From: a virus
Lineage: Duplodnaviria > Caudoviricetes
Reading direction: 5' to 3' (one strand)
DNA length: 42,694 nucleotides
Virus record (IMG/VR): IMGVR_UViG_3300037467_001065
Location: 1-42,694 of that record
Positions within the stretch are counted from its first letter, which is position 1. Each line of letters begins with the position of its first letter. The notes below the pieces were generated by a model. That model was not told the origin of the DNA, ran no database searches, and saw only the letters and a program-made list of their open reading frames with translations. Below, one piece after another: positions 39,669 through 42,694 of this stretch. The translations under genes and the position numbers were made by a program.

Positions 39669-41566
39669 CGCCCGTCCTGCCTCTCGATCCGCACCTGCGA
39701 CTGCCGCAGCTCGCGGCCGTCGAGCAGGATCTTGACGACGAGCGCGCCGCCGCCCACGGCCGCGCCCGCTCCGGCCTTCCGGGCGAGCTGCGCCTGGTTC
39801 AGGATCTCCCCGGCCGTGTCCGGGACAAACAGCTCGGTCGTCGCGTTCCACGACCCGTCAGGGTTGTCGCCGACCGCATACGGCACACCCTTGCGGACAG
39901 GGCCGCCGGAGGCTTTGTGTACGACGGCGTACATGCGCTCGGCCGCGGCCGACGAACCGGCCGTGCTGGTGGTGTAGCTGAACACGGTCGTGACCCGGAC
40001 TATCGTGTTGTCGGGGATGTCGCGGATATTGTTCGCGAGCCCGCGCGCAGCGCCGGCCGCGCCGTGCATCTTGTCTGCGGCGGTCTTCGCCCACCCGAAC
40101 CCGGGCACGTGGCTCAGTGCGTCGAGCATGTTCCCGATCCAGTCGGCGACGGTCGCGAAGCCGTTGATCAGGAACCGGAAGAACGGCGCGTAGATGGTGT
40201 TCCACAGCCAGCGCGCAACCGCCGCCACAGCCCTGAAAACGCTGTCGACGATGTTGCGGAACGTCTCGCTGTTCTTGTACGCGTAGATCAGCCCGGCCGC
40301 CAGTGCCGCGATCGCGATGATGACGATGCCGACAGGGTTCGCCGCCAGCACGAAGTTCAGCGCGGCCTGCACTGCAGTGAAGACGCGGACGATCCCGGTG
40401 ATGACCTTGAATGCGCCGATGCCGGCCACGACCGCAGACACGAGCGCCCCGACGATCGTCGTGTTCTGCCCGATCCACTTCGCCACGTTCTGCGCGACAC
40501 CGACGACCCGCGCGAGCACGTCACGGAACTGGCCACCGGCGCCCGTGCCGTTCTGGAACTCCGTGATGAACTTCTTGACCGCGCCCGCGATCTTGTCGAA
40601 CACCTCGCGGGCGATGATCCCGGCGTTGTTGATCCCTCGCAGCTTGCCGTCGAACTCGTTCATCTCCGAGTTGCCGGCGAACGCCTGGAAGAACACGGTA
40701 AGAGCCTTGATGACGACCTGCAGCCCGGCGCCGACCTTCGGCAGCACGCCGGCCAGGAACTCCGACGCCTTGCCCAGCCCGTCCTTGATGAGCGGGATCG
40801 ACGGCGCAATCGCGTTCGCCAGGCCCTGCCCGAACGTGTCCTTGAACGTCGACACCATGCCCGACAGCGACTGCGACTGCTTGTCCATCAGGCCAGAGAA
40901 CCGCTCGAGGCCCTTGCCCGTCTCGAGGGCCGACATCATCTGGCCGAGCTCCTTCTTGCCGAGCTTGCCGGCCTGCGCGAGCTTGACGACCTCCTCCTTC
41001 GACTTGCCCGTCGCCTTCGCGAGCAGGTCGTATACGGGGATGCCCGCGTCGCGCAGCTGGTTCAGATCCTCGCCCGTGATGCGGCCGGCGGCCGACATCT
41101 GCTGCAGGGCGACCGTGGCCCGCTGCACACCCTCGGAGCCGGTGCCCATGCCGGACGTGACGTTGCCCAGGGTCGTCATGATCGGGATGACCTTGTTGGC
41201 GTTGATGCCCGCGGAGATCAGCGACGACGCCGCCGTCTGCAGCTCGGGGAACTCGAACGGCGTCTTCGCGGCGAACGCCTGCAGATCCTTGAGGAACGCG
41301 CCAGCCTTCTTCGCCGACCCGAGCATCGTCGTGAACGCGATCTGCGCCTGCTCGTTGTTCGCGGCCACCTCGAGCCCGAACTTCGCCCCGGCGATCCCAG
41401 CACCAGCGAGCACGACCCCGACGCCGAGCATGGCGCCGCCCACGACCTTGCCGACCTTCGCGATGCGCGAACCGGCCGACTCGGCGTTCCCGGCGACCCG
41501 GGAGAACGTCTCGGACGCGTTGCGGTCCCTCGCGAAGATGTCGAAGCCGATCGAGGCTGCGCTCAC
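39665..41566 (-). CDS. tape measure protein
   Basis: 633 aa; 'AFTTMLGS', 'FAAKTPFE', 'QM...G.ITGEDLNQL', 'AANPVG...AYKNSETFR', 'ASGGPV'. Confidence 0.95.
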   Translation of the reverse strand: MSAASIGFDIFARDRNASETFSRVAGNAESAGSRIAKVGKVVGGAMLGVGVVLAGAGIAGAKFGLEVAANNEQAQIAFTTMLGSAKKAGAFLKDLQAFAAKTPFEFPELQTAASSLISAGINANKVIPIMTTLGNVTSGMGTGSEGVQRATVALQQMSAAGRITGEDLNQLRDAGIPVYDLLAKATGKSKEEVVKLAQAGKLGKKELGQMMSALETGKGLERFSGLMDKQSQSLSGMVSTFKDTFGQGLANAIAPSIPLIKDGLGKASEFLAGVLPKVGAGLQVVIKALTVFFQAFAGNSEMNEFDGKLRGINNAGIIAREVFDKIAGAVKKFITEFQNGTGAGGQFRDVLARVVGVAQNVAKWIGQNTTIVGALVSAVVAGIGAFKVITGIVRVFTAVQAALNFVLAANPVGIVIIAIAALAAGLIYAYKNSETFRNIVDSVFRAVAAVARWLWNTIYAPFFRFLINGFATVADWIGNMLDALSHVPGFGWAKTAADKMHGAAGAARGLANNIRDIPDNTIVRVTTVFSYTTSTAGSSAAAERMYAVVHKASGGPVRKGVPYAVGDNPDGSWNATTELFVPDTAGEILNQAQLARKAGAGAAVGGGALVVKILLDGRELRQSQVRIERQDGR

Positions 41567-41569
41567 TGG

Positions 41570-41749
41570 TCAAGCTCCTCTCTGCATCTCCGCGGCGGCT
41601 TCCCGCTCGCGCTGGTGGTGCACCTCAAGGGCGTGGCACAACGCCAGGAAGTCACTGACGGACAGGTCGTCTACGTCGGCGGCCGTGTAACCGAGCACCG
41701 ACCCGAACGCGAACAGCCACCGACGCCGCAGCGCCTCTAGGCTTTTGGG
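41570..41749 (-). CDS. tail assembly chaperone -1 frameshift extension (gpGT)
   Basis: Slippery C-CCA-AAA at 41749-41743; -1 frame reads SLEALRRRWLFAFG...MQRGA and stops at 41570, just before the tape measure start. Confidence 0.75.
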   Translation of the reverse strand, partial: PKSLEALRRRWLFAFGSVLGYTAADVDDLSVSDFLALCHALEVHHQREREAAAEMQRGA

Positions 41750-42168
41750 TCGTCCGCGTCCTCACGCTCAGGCTCGACGCCGCGGGCGACGAGGTCGTCG
41801 AGCTTCGCCTTGCCGATCGCGTTCAGGTCGCCACTGGCTGACATCGCCTCGAGCCGGGCACGCAGCCGGCCCTCGCTCTCCTCGAACGCGTTGTCGATCT
41901 CCAGGTCGCCGAAGGTGAAGTCGAGCCCGTCCCAGGGGACGGTCGACAGGCTGCGCTTGAGGAGCAGCCAGAGCAGCCCCTTCCACGCCTCGCCGTCCAT
42001 GTCCATCAGGCCCTGCATCAGCGGGCTGACACCCGAGATGGCGCCGCCGGACACCTTCTTGAGGGCGATCATCTCGGACGCCTTGAGGTCGTCCAGTACG
42101 TCGATCTCCCACGTCCGGGGCTCGACGCCCTCGGGCTTGTACGTGACCTTGAACCTTGCTTCGCTCAT
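41737..42168 (-). CDS. tail assembly chaperone (gpG)
   Basis: 143 aa, acidic, ends 'DDPKA'; upstream of tape measure; AGGAG RBS. Confidence 0.8.
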   Translation of the reverse strand: MSEARFKVTYKPEGVEPRTWEIDVLDDLKASEMIALKKVSGGAISGVSPLMQGLMDMDGEAWKGLLWLLLKRSLSTVPWDGLDFTFGDLEIDNAFEESEGRLRARLEAMSASGDLNAIGKAKLDDLVARGVEPEREDADDPKA

Positions 42169-42198
42169 GACAGGTGGGCTCCTGTGTCGTGGTGGATT

Positions 42199-42648
42199 TC
42201 AGCGGGTGATCTTGTCTGCCACGTCGCGCACTGCGCGCTCGACGTGCTGCCGTGCCCGAGGCTCGGCGTCCTCGAGCGGCCGGGAGATCCAGCCCTGAGG
42301 GATACGCTGCGTCACGCCCGTGCCGGCACGGCCGAACACGGGGTGGCGCAGCAGCCCTGCGTCCATGCCTCGCAGGTTGTAGGCGTTCGAGACGACGAGC
42401 CGGACCCCGACCGTCCTACCCGACATGCGGGTCTGGGTCATTCGGGAGGCTGCGACCCGGGCGGCGAGGCCGCCGCGGGACGGCAGCACATCTCGGGCGG
42501 AGGCGCGCACCTCGGCCGGCAGCGAAGCCGCGACCCGCAGGATGCCGCCCAGCAGCTCGCGCCGAAGCCCGCCGCCGGAGCCGGCGGCCCTGAGCCTCTT
42601 CGCGACCCGCTCGAGCTTCTCGCCGCCGGTGATCTTGACGTCGAACAT
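42199..42648 (-). CDS. neck/tail completion protein (HK97 gp10-like)
   Basis: 149 aa, basic; 'ITGGEKL..VAKRL', 'LPSRGGLA', 'LRHPVFG', 'VTQ'; TGATG overlap with the major tail stop across the contig junction. Confidence 0.7.
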   Translation of the reverse strand: MFDVKITGGEKLERVAKRLRAAGSGGGLRRELLGGILRVAASLPAEVRASARDVLPSRGGLAARVAASRMTQTRMSGRTVGVRLVVSNAYNLRGMDAGLLRHPVFGRAGTGVTQRIPQGWISRPLEDAEPRARQHVERAVRDVADKITR

Positions 42649-42694
42649 CAGACGGCGGTGTCGGTGCTCATGTACTCGGCGATCACGGCGCCGT
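42568..42694. repeat. second copy of the 127-bp terminal overlap
   Basis: Identical to 1-127. Confidence 0.95.

Overview
This window is a complete, circularly assembled temperate siphovirus genome of about 42,567 bp, with bases 1-127 repeated at 42568-42694. It is high-GC and infects an actinobacterial host, judged from the WhiB gene, DUF6221-like genes and an attP resembling the 3' end of actinobacterial tRNA-His. Almost all genes are on the minus strand. In transcription order: Cro/xis, many small Cys/His-rich early genes, MazG-like, Cas4-like nuclease, gp3-like recombination protein, RuvC-like, MerR-like, HTH-WhiB, truncated ParB, DnaB-N/AAA helicase, DEDDh exonuclease, an iteron-rich putative origin, late regulator, a tRNA-fMet-like gene, HNH, TerS, TerL, portal, protease, HK97 capsid, then a glycosyltransferase + methyltransferase pair, neck and tail genes, frameshifting tail chaperone, tape measure, minor tail genes, endolysin, further Ser/Thr-rich virion proteins and holin-like genes. 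The repressor and two or three small genes are on the plus strand. A tyrosine integrase is co-transcribed with two DUF6221-like paralogues. The most interesting items are: (1) a two-domain glycosyltransferase and SAM methyltransferase translationally coupled inside the head operon, a candidate methylated-glycan virion coat; (2) a non-coding origin-like element built from parS-half-site-like GTGAAACA repeats, perfect DnaA boxes and a 38-bp alternating purine/pyrimidine tract; (3) an atypical initiator-tRNA-like gene. All product calls come from motif recognition and synteny by eye; no database searches were run.
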